DNA from: Gemmatimonadaceae bacterium
GTDB taxonomy: Bacteria; Gemmatimonadota; Gemmatimonadetes; Gemmatimonadales; Gemmatimonadaceae
NCBI GenBank assembly: GCA_040902005.1
Contig: JBBDYA010000081.1
Span: 29,919 to 63,816 of the forward strand
DNA length: 33,898 bases
Reading direction: 5' to 3'
Positions 19,362 through 27,547 of this stretch are shown in pieces. The notes beneath the pieces were generated by a model, which saw only the letters and a list, made by a program, of their open reading frames with translations, was not told where the DNA came from and made no database searches. Position 1 is the stretch's first letter, and each line of letters opens with the position of its first letter. A program made the translations under genes and the position numbers.

Positions 19362-19822
19362 GAAACCTCGTCCTCGCCGCCCTGGCGCTCTCGACCACGG
19401 CATGCGGGCTGAGAATCACGACGGCGCGCGACCCGAAGCCGGACCCCGGGATCGAGGCTCTGTACGCGCGGGGACTGGCGCACCTGGATCCGTCAAACGC
19501 GCAGGACTCGTTGGATTCGGCGGCGGGATTGCTCGAGGCGTACGTGGCGCATGGCGGCTACGTGCAGCGGCGGCGGGAAGCGGAGGCGATGCTGAACCTG
19601 ACGCGTTCGGCGCGGCAGCTCATCCTCGTCGAAGCGGCCCTGGCGCAGGCCGAAAGCGCCACGGACACCGTGGTTCGCACGCGGACCGAGCCGGGCGCGC
19701 GCGATGCCGCCACGTTGCGCGAGATCGAGCGGCTGAAGAACGAACTCGCGAAAGCGAACGCGGAGCTGGAGCGTATCCGGAGGCGACTCGCGACGCCCCC
19801 GCCACGGTCGCCCCAGCACTAA
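19358..19822 (+). CDS. Helical lipoprotein with C-terminal coiled coil (QseG/YfhG-like organisation)
   Basis: Lipobox LSTTA-C, ATGA-coupled to the HK, C-terminal LREIERLKNELAKANAELERIRRRL. Confidence 0.75.
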   Translation: MRNLVLAALALSTTACGLRITTARDPKPDPGIEALYARGLAHLDPSNAQDSLDSAAGLLEAYVAHGGYVQRRREAEAMLNLTRSARQLILVEAALAQAESATDTVVRTRTEPGARDAATLREIERLKNELAKANAELERIRRRLATPPPRSPQH

Positions 19823-21939
19823 CCCACGCGGAACAGCTCCAGCGATCGGCGATAGCGCGCATTGAGCACGGCGCGGAGCGGAGCGTGTTCCTCGGCCCGC
19901 AGCTCAGGATCCTCGCCGAGCAACCGCTCCGCGGCTTCGCGCGCCACCACGTTCAGCGCCTCGTCGCGCAGCGGGTCGGCCACGCGAAACGTCGGCACGC
20001 CGCTCTGCCGCTCCCCGAACAGGTCCCCCATGCCGCGCAAACGCAAGTCGGCGCGGGCGATCTCGAAGCCGTCGTCGGTGTTCACGAACAGCTCCAGCCG
20101 TTGCCGCGCCTCCGGCGACAGGTCGCCGAGCAGGATGCAGAAACTCTCTTCCGCGCCGCGCCCGACGCGGCCACGCAGCTGGTGCAACTGCGACAGCCCG
20201 AATCGCTCCGGATGCTCGACGATCATCACCGTGGCGTTCGCCACGTCGATGCCCACCTCGACCACGGTGGTGGCCACGAGTGCGTGGATCTTGCCATCCC
20301 GGAAGTCGCGCATGATCGTATCGCGCTCCTGCGCGGGAACGCGACCATGCAGCAACGCCACCGTCTTCCCGACGAGGACTCCGGTCGTGAGTTCGTCGAA
20401 CGCCGTGGTGGCGGCCTTGAGATCCGTCTTCTCGGATTCCTCGATGACCGGGTACACGATGTACGCCTGCCGCCCCTCCTCCAGCTGGCGATTCACGAAC
20501 GCGAGCACCTTGTCCCGGCCGGCCTCACCGCGCAGCGCCGTGACGACGGGGCGACGCCCCGCCGGCCGCTCGTCGAGCATGCTGAGATCGAGGTCGCCGT
20601 ACAGGGTGAGCGCGAGCGAGCGCGGAATTGGCGTCGCCGACATGAGCAGCACGTCGGGTGCTTCCCCCTTGGCGCCGAGGAGCTTGCGCTGCTCCACGCC
20701 AAAGCGATGCTGCTCGTCTACGATCGCGAGCCCGAGCCGGCCGAATGTGGTGGCCTGCTGCACCAGCGCATGGGTCCCCACGGCCACCAGCGGCGCGCCG
20801 GACTCCAGTTTCTCGGCGGCGCTCCGGCGATCCCGGGCGGACATGCTGCCCGTGACGAGCACCGGCTGAATCTCCAGCGGCAGCAGCAGGTCGTGCAAGG
20901 TGCGCGCGTGCTGCTCGGCCAGGAGCTCGGTGGGCGCCATCAGCGCCGCCTGATATCCGTTCTCCACGGCGACCAGCGCCGCGAAGAGCGCCACGATCGT
21001 CTTGCCGCTGCCCACGTCGCCCTGGAGCAGCCGGTGCATGCGCCGGTCACTGCACATATCGGCGATGATCTCGCGCGACGCGCGTATCTGCGCCGCGGTC
21101 AGTTCGTACGGCAGGGCCGCGCGCAGGCGGGACGTGAGGTCTCGCTTGTTCTCGAACTGGATGCCACGCCGGGCAACGCGCGCGAGCGCCTTGGCGCGCT
21201 GGTGCAGGATGTGAACGAAGAACAGCTCCTCGAACGCGAGACGCGCCCGTCCCTGCATCGCCTCGCTGACCGTCGCCGGCCGGTGCACCATCCGCAGGGC
21301 GTCGCGGATCGGGGGCACGCCCGCCCCGGCCAGCACGTCGCGGGGGAGATACTCGTCCACCAGCGCGAGCAGCCCATCGAGATGCGACTCGACGATCGTG
21401 CGGATGATCTTGAATGACAGCCCCTCGGTGGCGGGATACACGGAGAGGACGCGCCCCTGATCGGTGCCCTCCGCATCGTCGCCAAGGTTGATGAATTCGC
21501 GCGGCTGGAGCTGCCGGCCATGGAAGAAGCGCACGTTGCCGGTGACGAGCAGGGTATCACCCTTCTGAATGGTGCGGTCGAGATACGGCTGTCCGGGCCA
21601 CGCGGCCTCGATCATCCCCGTGTCGTCCTTGAGCACGGCCTGAAAGATTCGCAACCCTCGGCGCGTGGGGAGCACGCCCTTGGAAATGACCCGGCCGATG
21701 ACGGTGCCCTGCATGCCGGTTTCGAGCGACGCGATCGGGGTGACGGTGCTCGCGTCCTCGTAGCGGTGCGGGATGTGGAAGAGGAGGTCGCCGGCGGTGA
21801 TCACCCCCAGGCGTTTCAGCGCGTCAGCGCGCGCCGGCCCCACGCCCTTCAGGTAGTTGACGGGCGTCTCGAGCAGGAGCCGCGGCTGGCGGCCGCCGGC
21901 GCGGCTCGATGGTGGGCGCGACGATCGCGGTTCGGTCAC
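19819..21939 (-). CDS. recG: ATP-dependent DNA helicase RecG
   Basis: YLKGVGP, RLLQGDVGSGKT, MAPTELLAEQH, VDEQHRFGV, MSATPIPRSL, QLHQLRGRVGRG and DGFEIARADLRLRG. Start placed at GTG 21939, just after the ftsY stop. Confidence 0.97.
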   Translation of the reverse strand: MTEPRSSRPPSSRAGGRQPRLLLETPVNYLKGVGPARADALKRLGVITAGDLLFHIPHRYEDASTVTPIASLETGMQGTVIGRVISKGVLPTRRGLRIFQAVLKDDTGMIEAAWPGQPYLDRTIQKGDTLLVTGNVRFFHGRQLQPREFINLGDDAEGTDQGRVLSVYPATEGLSFKIIRTIVESHLDGLLALVDEYLPRDVLAGAGVPPIRDALRMVHRPATVSEAMQGRARLAFEELFFVHILHQRAKALARVARRGIQFENKRDLTSRLRAALPYELTAAQIRASREIIADMCSDRRMHRLLQGDVGSGKTIVALFAALVAVENGYQAALMAPTELLAEQHARTLHDLLLPLEIQPVLVTGSMSARDRRSAAEKLESGAPLVAVGTHALVQQATTFGRLGLAIVDEQHRFGVEQRKLLGAKGEAPDVLLMSATPIPRSLALTLYGDLDLSMLDERPAGRRPVVTALRGEAGRDKVLAFVNRQLEEGRQAYIVYPVIEESEKTDLKAATTAFDELTTGVLVGKTVALLHGRVPAQERDTIMRDFRDGKIHALVATTVVEVGIDVANATVMIVEHPERFGLSQLHQLRGRVGRGAEESFCILLGDLSPEARQRLELFVNTDDGFEIARADLRLRGMGDLFGERQSGVPTFRVADPLRDEALNVVAREAAERLLGEDPELRAEEHAPLRAVLNARYRRSLELFRVG

Positions 21940-21940
21940 G

Positions 21941-22876
21941 CTAGCTCGCCGAGAGCAGCTCCACCGCGAACGCCGAGGCGTCGAACGTGACGAGATCACC
22001 CGCCTTCTCGCCGACACCGAGGAACTTGACGGGCGCGTCGATCGCCTCGTGCACCGCCACGACTACGCCGCCACGGGCGGTGCCATCCAGCTTCGTGACC
22101 ACGAGTCCGGTGATCGGCACGGCCGAGGAGAACTCGCGCGCCTGCGCAACGGCATTCTGTCCGATGGTGCCATCCAGCACCAGCAGGGTCTCGTGCGGGG
22201 CACCCTCGAGACGCTTGGCGATCACCCGCGCCACCTTGCGGAGTTCGTCCATGAGTCCCGCGCTCGTGTGCAACCGCCCGGCCGTGTCCACGATCACGAC
22301 ATCGCGCTCGCGCGTGAAGGCCGCGTCGATGGCCTGGAACGCGACCGCGGCCGGATCCGCGCCGGCGTTGGCGCCCACGAAATCGGCGCCCGTGCGATCT
22401 GCCCAGACGCGCAACTGGTCGATGGCCCCCGCGCGAAAGGTGTCGCCGGCCGCCAGCAGCACCTTCCTCCCTTCACCGCGCATCCGCTCGCTCAACTTGC
22501 CGATGAACGTCGTCTTGCCCGCTCCGTTGACGCCAACGACGAGGATCACGGTGGGGACCTTTTCGGCAACGCGGAGCGACACATCGCTGTTGCCGTTCCG
22601 GAGCGCCGCTTCGACACCCTGACGCAGCGCCTCCTGAAACTCGGCCTCGGTCTTCACCTCGCCCCGCGCCGCGCGCCGGCTCACCTCCTCGACCAACCGC
22701 AGCGTCACGGGGACGCCGAAGTCCGCCTCCAGCAGCACGCGCTCCAGCTCCTCCAGCGATCCATCAGCCACGCCGCCACGCGCGATCACGGCAACGTCCA
22801 TGAGCGCGACATCCTTGATGCGCTGCCACAGATTGCGCGCGGGCAGGTCTCCGGTTTTGCGGACGAGGCGACTCAT
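21941..22876 (-). CDS. ftsY: Signal recognition particle receptor FtsY (short, no acidic A-domain)
   Basis: LLEADFG, GVNGAGKTT, DTFRAGA, DTAGR, DGTIGQNA, TKLDGTARGG and GVGEK. Confidence 0.97.
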   Translation of the reverse strand: MSRLVRKTGDLPARNLWQRIKDVALMDVAVIARGGVADGSLEELERVLLEADFGVPVTLRLVEEVSRRAARGEVKTEAEFQEALRQGVEAALRNGNSDVSLRVAEKVPTVILVVGVNGAGKTTFIGKLSERMRGEGRKVLLAAGDTFRAGAIDQLRVWADRTGADFVGANAGADPAAVAFQAIDAAFTRERDVVIVDTAGRLHTSAGLMDELRKVARVIAKRLEGAPHETLLVLDGTIGQNAVAQAREFSSAVPITGLVVTKLDGTARGGVVVAVHEAIDAPVKFLGVGEKAGDLVTFDASAFAVELLSAS

Positions 22877-22980
22877 GCTCCCAATCTATTCACGCGAGAC
22901 CTGCATCCATCGTTCACCATGCGCGTTCGACCGCCAAGGCGCATCATCAATTCACCGCCGAGGGCGGCAAATCATTGCGA

Positions 22981-24792
22981 TCATCGGAGTCCGGCGCGTC
23001 GGCGCGCGACCCACTCCGCGCACAACAGCAGGATCGCCAGCCCGTACAGCCAGCCGACGCCGCGGGCGCCGCGGACGACGCCCGCGCGTGCGCGGCGCCC
23101 GACGTCGCCAGCACGGAGACCGGGCCGCGCCGGGAGCAGCTCCGCGGATGCGTTCACCACCAGCAACGTGCGCCCGCCGGGCACGAAGACGTCGTACGTT
23201 CCCCGCGGCAGTGGCGGCGACTCCTGTACAGCCGCGCCCGTCGGGAATCGCAGCTGGATCGTATCCGCGCGCGCGCCCGGGTCACGTGGCATGACGACAA
23301 CCTGCACCACGGAGTCCGCGGACGTGCCCCGCCGCCACCGGATCGGGCGGCCCGCTCGCATCACGTTCTCCTCGGGCATCGCGGCGCGCCGGTCCGCCCG
23401 CTCGGCGGCCAGCCAGTCGAAAATTCCTCCCCAGAGCGCCGCGTATGCGTCGGCGCTGGCGCCCCCGCGAAACCGCCATCGCCAGAAGCCGGATCCGCTC
23501 ACGGTCACCACGCGGCGCGGCGCATCGCTTCCCACCACGAGCGGACGCCGCGCGGGCTCACGGCCAAGGCGCGCCTCGAGCGCAACCCAGTCGCCCGCAC
23601 CAGGCGCGCCGGCCGAGACGGGCGGCAGACTGTCCAGCGGAATTCCCGACAGCGCCACGCTGAGCGGAGACGGGGGCGTGCCGCTCGCGTACCACTCGCC
23701 GCCGTCCGCCTGGGACGGCACCATGAGGGCGAGCGGCCCGAGGGTCGCGGACCGTGGCGGGCCGAAGATCGCGGTGTCGCCATGCAGGATCGCCACCGGC
23801 GCGGCTCGCAGCGCGTCGCGAACCTCCGCCTCCGTGGACGCGGCCAGCGACCCCTCGTGCCGCCACATGCCAGGTGCGACGCGGAGAAAGCCCCGGGTAG
23901 GCAGGGCGAGGGCGCCACGCAGCACCGCCAGCGCGAACCGGGCATCCTGATCCGGCGACGTCGAGACGAAGACCGCGCTGGCCGCGCGCGACAGTTCGAC
24001 GGTGGCCGTCAGGGTGTCGTTCCGCCGTTCGGCATCGCCGTCGGTAGTCACCACGGCGCGCAGCAGGTTCGGCTCCCCCCCTCCCCCCTGAGGGCCCACG
24101 GCCCGCGCGCGCGCATCGAGCTGCCGCTCTCCCCATGCGGACATCGCGTCCAGCGGCCAGCGGCCGATCTGCTGTGTCCCGAGGTGCAGCGTGACACTGC
24201 CTGCCGCGGCGCCGGCGCTTCCAGCGGCCAGCGTGATGCGCACCGCCAGCGAGTCGCCATCCACAGCTGCGCGGGGCGCCTCCAGGGACACGATCGCGAC
24301 GTCGCGCTCCTCGGGGCGCGCGAGGACCACGACGCGCGAGCCGCCGGGGAGTCCGTCGAGCGCGCTGGAGTCCTGCACCTCACCGTCGGTGATGAGCACC
24401 ACCGGCTGGCCGGCGACCATCGTCCGCTCGACGACGTCCCGCAGCCGCGTCGCCGCGCCGGTCGCGGCCGTCTCGCGGTCACCGGGGTGCACCGTGTCGC
24501 CGAAGACCCAGACCGAATCGGCGCCGACGCTCTGCGCGGAATCCCACGCGGCGCCGGTCAGGGACGTCGAGCCGCGGGTCATGCTCTGCGACAGGTCGAC
24601 GAACACCCACGGCATGGTCGCGCGCGCGCGTCCCATGGGTGCGTCGAGCAGGAGCGCCACCAGGAGCGCGACAGCCACCGCGCGAAGCACCGCGAGCGCC
24701 AAGCGGCCGGCACCGGAGGGCGCGCGCAATCTTCCGTACTGAAACACCGCAGCCGCGGCTCCGAGGCCCGCGGCGATGAGCCATGAGGTCAT
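22981..24792 (-). CDS. Membrane protein with degenerate vWA-like domain and Ig-like region
   Basis: Two N-terminal TM helices, MIDAS-like VFVDLSQSM, LITDG, ERRND, GFWRWRF and a C-terminal TM LLCAEWVARRRAGLR. ATG at 24792; the ORF-track extension overlaps the M23 gene. Confidence 0.75.
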   Translation of the reverse strand: MTSWLIAAGLGAAAAVFQYGRLRAPSGAGRLALAVLRAVAVALLVALLLDAPMGRARATMPWVFVDLSQSMTRGSTSLTGAAWDSAQSVGADSVWVFGDTVHPGDRETAATGAATRLRDVVERTMVAGQPVVLITDGEVQDSSALDGLPGGSRVVVLARPEERDVAIVSLEAPRAAVDGDSLAVRITLAAGSAGAAAGSVTLHLGTQQIGRWPLDAMSAWGERQLDARARAVGPQGGGGEPNLLRAVVTTDGDAERRNDTLTATVELSRAASAVFVSTSPDQDARFALAVLRGALALPTRGFLRVAPGMWRHEGSLAASTEAEVRDALRAAPVAILHGDTAIFGPPRSATLGPLALMVPSQADGGEWYASGTPPSPLSVALSGIPLDSLPPVSAGAPGAGDWVALEARLGREPARRPLVVGSDAPRRVVTVSGSGFWRWRFRGGASADAYAALWGGIFDWLAAERADRRAAMPEENVMRAGRPIRWRRGTSADSVVQVVVMPRDPGARADTIQLRFPTGAAVQESPPLPRGTYDVFVPGGRTLLVVNASAELLPARPGLRAGDVGRRARAGVVRGARGVGWLYGLAILLLCAEWVARRRAGLR

Positions 24793-24836
24793 GGTCGCGG
24801 AACTTAGCCCGCCGGCCTCCAACGGGACGGCCCGAG

Positions 24837-26123
24837 CTACTGCGCGCTCACACTCCGCGGCGGCTCTGCACTGGCGAGGTACCGCTGCGACGCCAGCATC
24901 GCGAGGGCCTGCGTCCGGGTGACGGCAAATGCCTCGCGCTCGCTGGGCGGAATCGGATCGGCGCTCACGTTGGCCAGCACGGACGCGGGATTCCGCTGCA
25001 CGCCCTTGACCAGGACCTCGAAGTGCAGGTGCGGCGCCGTGCTCAGTCCCGTGGATCCCACATAGCCGATCGTCTGCTCGCGAGACACGCGCACGCCCGA
25101 GCTGATTCCCTTGGCGAACGCCCTCATGTGACCGTACCGACTCACGTAACCGTTCCCGTGCCGGATGTCGATCACGTTGCCGTATCCATTGTGCCATCCC
25201 GCGCGGATAACCAACCCTTCGCCGATGGCCCGAATGGGCGTGCCCGCGTTCGCTGCGTAGTCCGTGCCGGCGTGCTTGCGCATCGTGCCGAGGATCGGGT
25301 GGCGGCGCATGCCGAACCGGCTCGAGATCCGGCGGAACTGCACCGGGCTTCGCAGAAAGCCGGATCGCATCGGCTTGCCGTCCTGATCGAAGTACAGGCC
25401 GTCCACCTTCGCGCTGTTGAACCGCACGGCTTCGGTGGTCTTGCCGGACAGTGTCATCGTCGCGGCGAGGACAGTCCCCATTCGCGTGATGCCCTGGGGC
25501 CCGACGCTGCGTTCGGTGACCACACGGAACTCGTCGCCCACCCGGAGGTCGCGGCTCATGTCCACGCGGTACTCGAAGATGTCTTCGGCGATCCGATTCA
25601 CCAGGTCCCACCGCGCGCGCTCCGGCAGCACGTCGCTCGCCACCTCGTCCATGGCGGCATAGAGGCTGGACTTGATCGTGCCCGCGATGACGATGGTGTC
25701 GACCGTCCAGGGGAGCTGGACCTCCTCACCAATCCAGGCCGCGCCCGTGCGCTTGAGATACACCAGTCGGTCCACCGCCAGCTCGAGGACGATTTCCGAG
25801 GGAATCGTGTCCTGTTCCATGCTGCGGACGCGGACCGCCATGCCGGCTGGAATACGGCGGGGATCGAGCATCTTGGCGGCGGTGATCGCCTCGCGGGCAA
25901 TCAGCTCGCTCAGCCCACCTCGCGCGAGCACACCCACCAGCGTCTCGCCCCGGGCCACGGTGTCATGGCGCTCATTCCACCGCTCCACGGGCTCGCCCTG
26001 CGCCAGAACTTCGCCGGCCGGTGGAATGGCGGCGGAAGGAAGGGGCTTGGTGAAGACAATCGCTGCAACCGCAAGCACTGCCACCACGCCGTACGCGATG
26101 GCACGAGCCCGTCGTGACGACAT
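24837..26123 (-). CDS. M23 family peptidoglycan endopeptidase (MepM/Csd3-like)
   Basis: N-terminal TM, TVARGETL, ISSRFGMRRHP, HAGTD (HxxxD), YGHM and GSTGLSTAPHLHFE (HxH). ATG overlaps the ftsZ stop (TGATG). Confidence 0.93.
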   Translation of the reverse strand: MSSRRARAIAYGVVAVLAVAAIVFTKPLPSAAIPPAGEVLAQGEPVERWNERHDTVARGETLVGVLARGGLSELIAREAITAAKMLDPRRIPAGMAVRVRSMEQDTIPSEIVLELAVDRLVYLKRTGAAWIGEEVQLPWTVDTIVIAGTIKSSLYAAMDEVASDVLPERARWDLVNRIAEDIFEYRVDMSRDLRVGDEFRVVTERSVGPQGITRMGTVLAATMTLSGKTTEAVRFNSAKVDGLYFDQDGKPMRSGFLRSPVQFRRISSRFGMRRHPILGTMRKHAGTDYAANAGTPIRAIGEGLVIRAGWHNGYGNVIDIRHGNGYVSRYGHMRAFAKGISSGVRVSREQTIGYVGSTGLSTAPHLHFEVLVKGVQRNPASVLANVSADPIPPSEREAFAVTRTQALAMLASQRYLASAEPPRSVSAQ

Positions 26124-27304
26124 CAGTCCATCTGCCTCCGAATGAAGGTCGGGATCTCCATGTCGCTGAGATCCTGCGACCCACTGCTCCGCTCACTCCC
26201 ACGCGGACGTACAACATCGGACGGAGTGGCCGGGCGCGCCAGTGTCCCGGTACGGACAGGACGATTGGCCGGGAAAGGAATAACGGAGCCCTTGGCGACG
26301 GCCGCGGGGTGCGCCGGGGCAGCTGTGACCAGGCCCGGCTGGATGGCCTTGTCGAACCCCGTGGCGATGACGGTCACGCGGATCTCGCCCATCATGGCGG
26401 GCTCATGCACGGCGCCGAAGATGATCTCGGCGTCGTCTCCCACCGCGTCGTGAATGATTTCGTTGATCTGATGGACCTCGCCGAGGGTCAGGTCCGCGCC
26501 GCCGGTGATGTTGACCAGGACCCCGGTGGCGCCGCTGATCGAGATGTTGTCGAGCAACGGGGAGCTGATGGCCTGTTGCGCGGACTCCATGGCGCGATTC
26601 TCACCGCGGCCGATACCCGTGCCCATGAGCGCGGACCCGCCGTTCTGCATCACGGTGCGGACGTCGGCGAAGTCCACGTTCACCAGCCCCGTGACACTGA
26701 TGAGCGACGAAATGCCCTGGGTGGCGTGGAGCAGCACTTCGTCCGCCTTTTTCAGCGCATCCTGGAAGGGAATGCCCTTGCCCACCACGGCCAGCAGCCG
26801 CTCGTTGGGCACGACGATCATCGTGTCCACGTTGCGACGCATGTCGGCGATGCCCTGTTCCGCCTGGCGCATTCGCTTCCGCCCCTCGAACAGGAATGGC
26901 TTGGTGACGATGCCCACCGTCAACGCGCCAACTTCCCGGGCCAATTCGCAGATCACCGGCGCGGCGCCGGTGCCGGTGCCGCCGCCCATGCCGCACGTGA
27001 CGAACACCATGTCTGCCCCGGCAAGCACGCGGGCCAGGTCCTCGCGGTTCTCCTCGATGGCCTGCTTGCCGATCTCGGGGCGCGCGCCGGCGCCAAGTCC
27101 GCGCGTGAGTTTCTTGCCGATCTGCAGCTTGATGTCGGACTTGGACGTGAGGAGCGCCTGCGAGTCCGTGTTGACCGAGATGAACTCGACGCCCTCGAGA
27201 TGCTCGTCGATCATGCGGTTGACGGCGTTGCCACCGCCGCCACCGACGCCAACGACTTTCATCCGCGCGTTCTGTGTCGCGCTTTCCTCGAACTCGAAGA
27301 TCAT
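26123..27304 (-). CDS. ftsZ: Cell division protein FtsZ
   Basis: [16 protein letters not shown], tubulin motif [15 protein letters not shown] and C-terminal peptide [12 protein letters not shown]. Start ATG 27304 (MIFEF). Confidence 0.98.
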   Translation of the reverse strand: MIFEFEESATQNARMKVVGVGGGGGNAVNRMIDEHLEGVEFISVNTDSQALLTSKSDIKLQIGKKLTRGLGAGARPEIGKQAIEENREDLARVLAGADMVFVTCGMGGGTGTGAAPVICELAREVGALTVGIVTKPFLFEGRKRMRQAEQGIADMRRNVDTMIVVPNERLLAVVGKGIPFQDALKKADEVLLHATQGISSLISVTGLVNVDFADVRTVMQNGGSALMGTGIGRGENRAMESAQQAISSPLLDNISISGATGVLVNITGGADLTLGEVHQINEIIHDAVGDDAEIIFGAVHEPAMMGEIRVTVIATGFDKAIQPGLVTAAPAHPAAVAKGSVIPFPANRPVRTGTLARPATPSDVVRPRGSERSSGSQDLSDMEIPTFIRRQMD

Positions 27305-27447
27305 TTCCGAAGGCACTCCCAGATCCGCGTGGCGAGAGGTGAACAGTCGCTAGACCATGCCGGAACGCGACGCCGCAGCCGAGGGGGCTGGACGGAGCCG
27401 CAGAATAGTCAACAAGTTGCGGCACTCCAGCGCTTTCCGCAATGTTG

Positions 27448-27476
27448 ATTATCCCGCGTAAGTGACGACGCAGCAA
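27448..27476 (-). promoter_or_regulatory. Putative sigma-70 promoter for ftsZ: TTGCTG-N17-GATAAT
   Basis: Read directly in the AT-richer gap between the permease and ftsZ; DnaA-box match TTTTCCACA at 27496-27504 just upstream. Confidence 0.55.
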
Positions 27477-27547
27477 CGAAAAGAGCACACCAGAGTTTTC
27501 CACAAAGTGCCAACACGGAACAACTATTTGATGCCGGTCGGTGGTGA

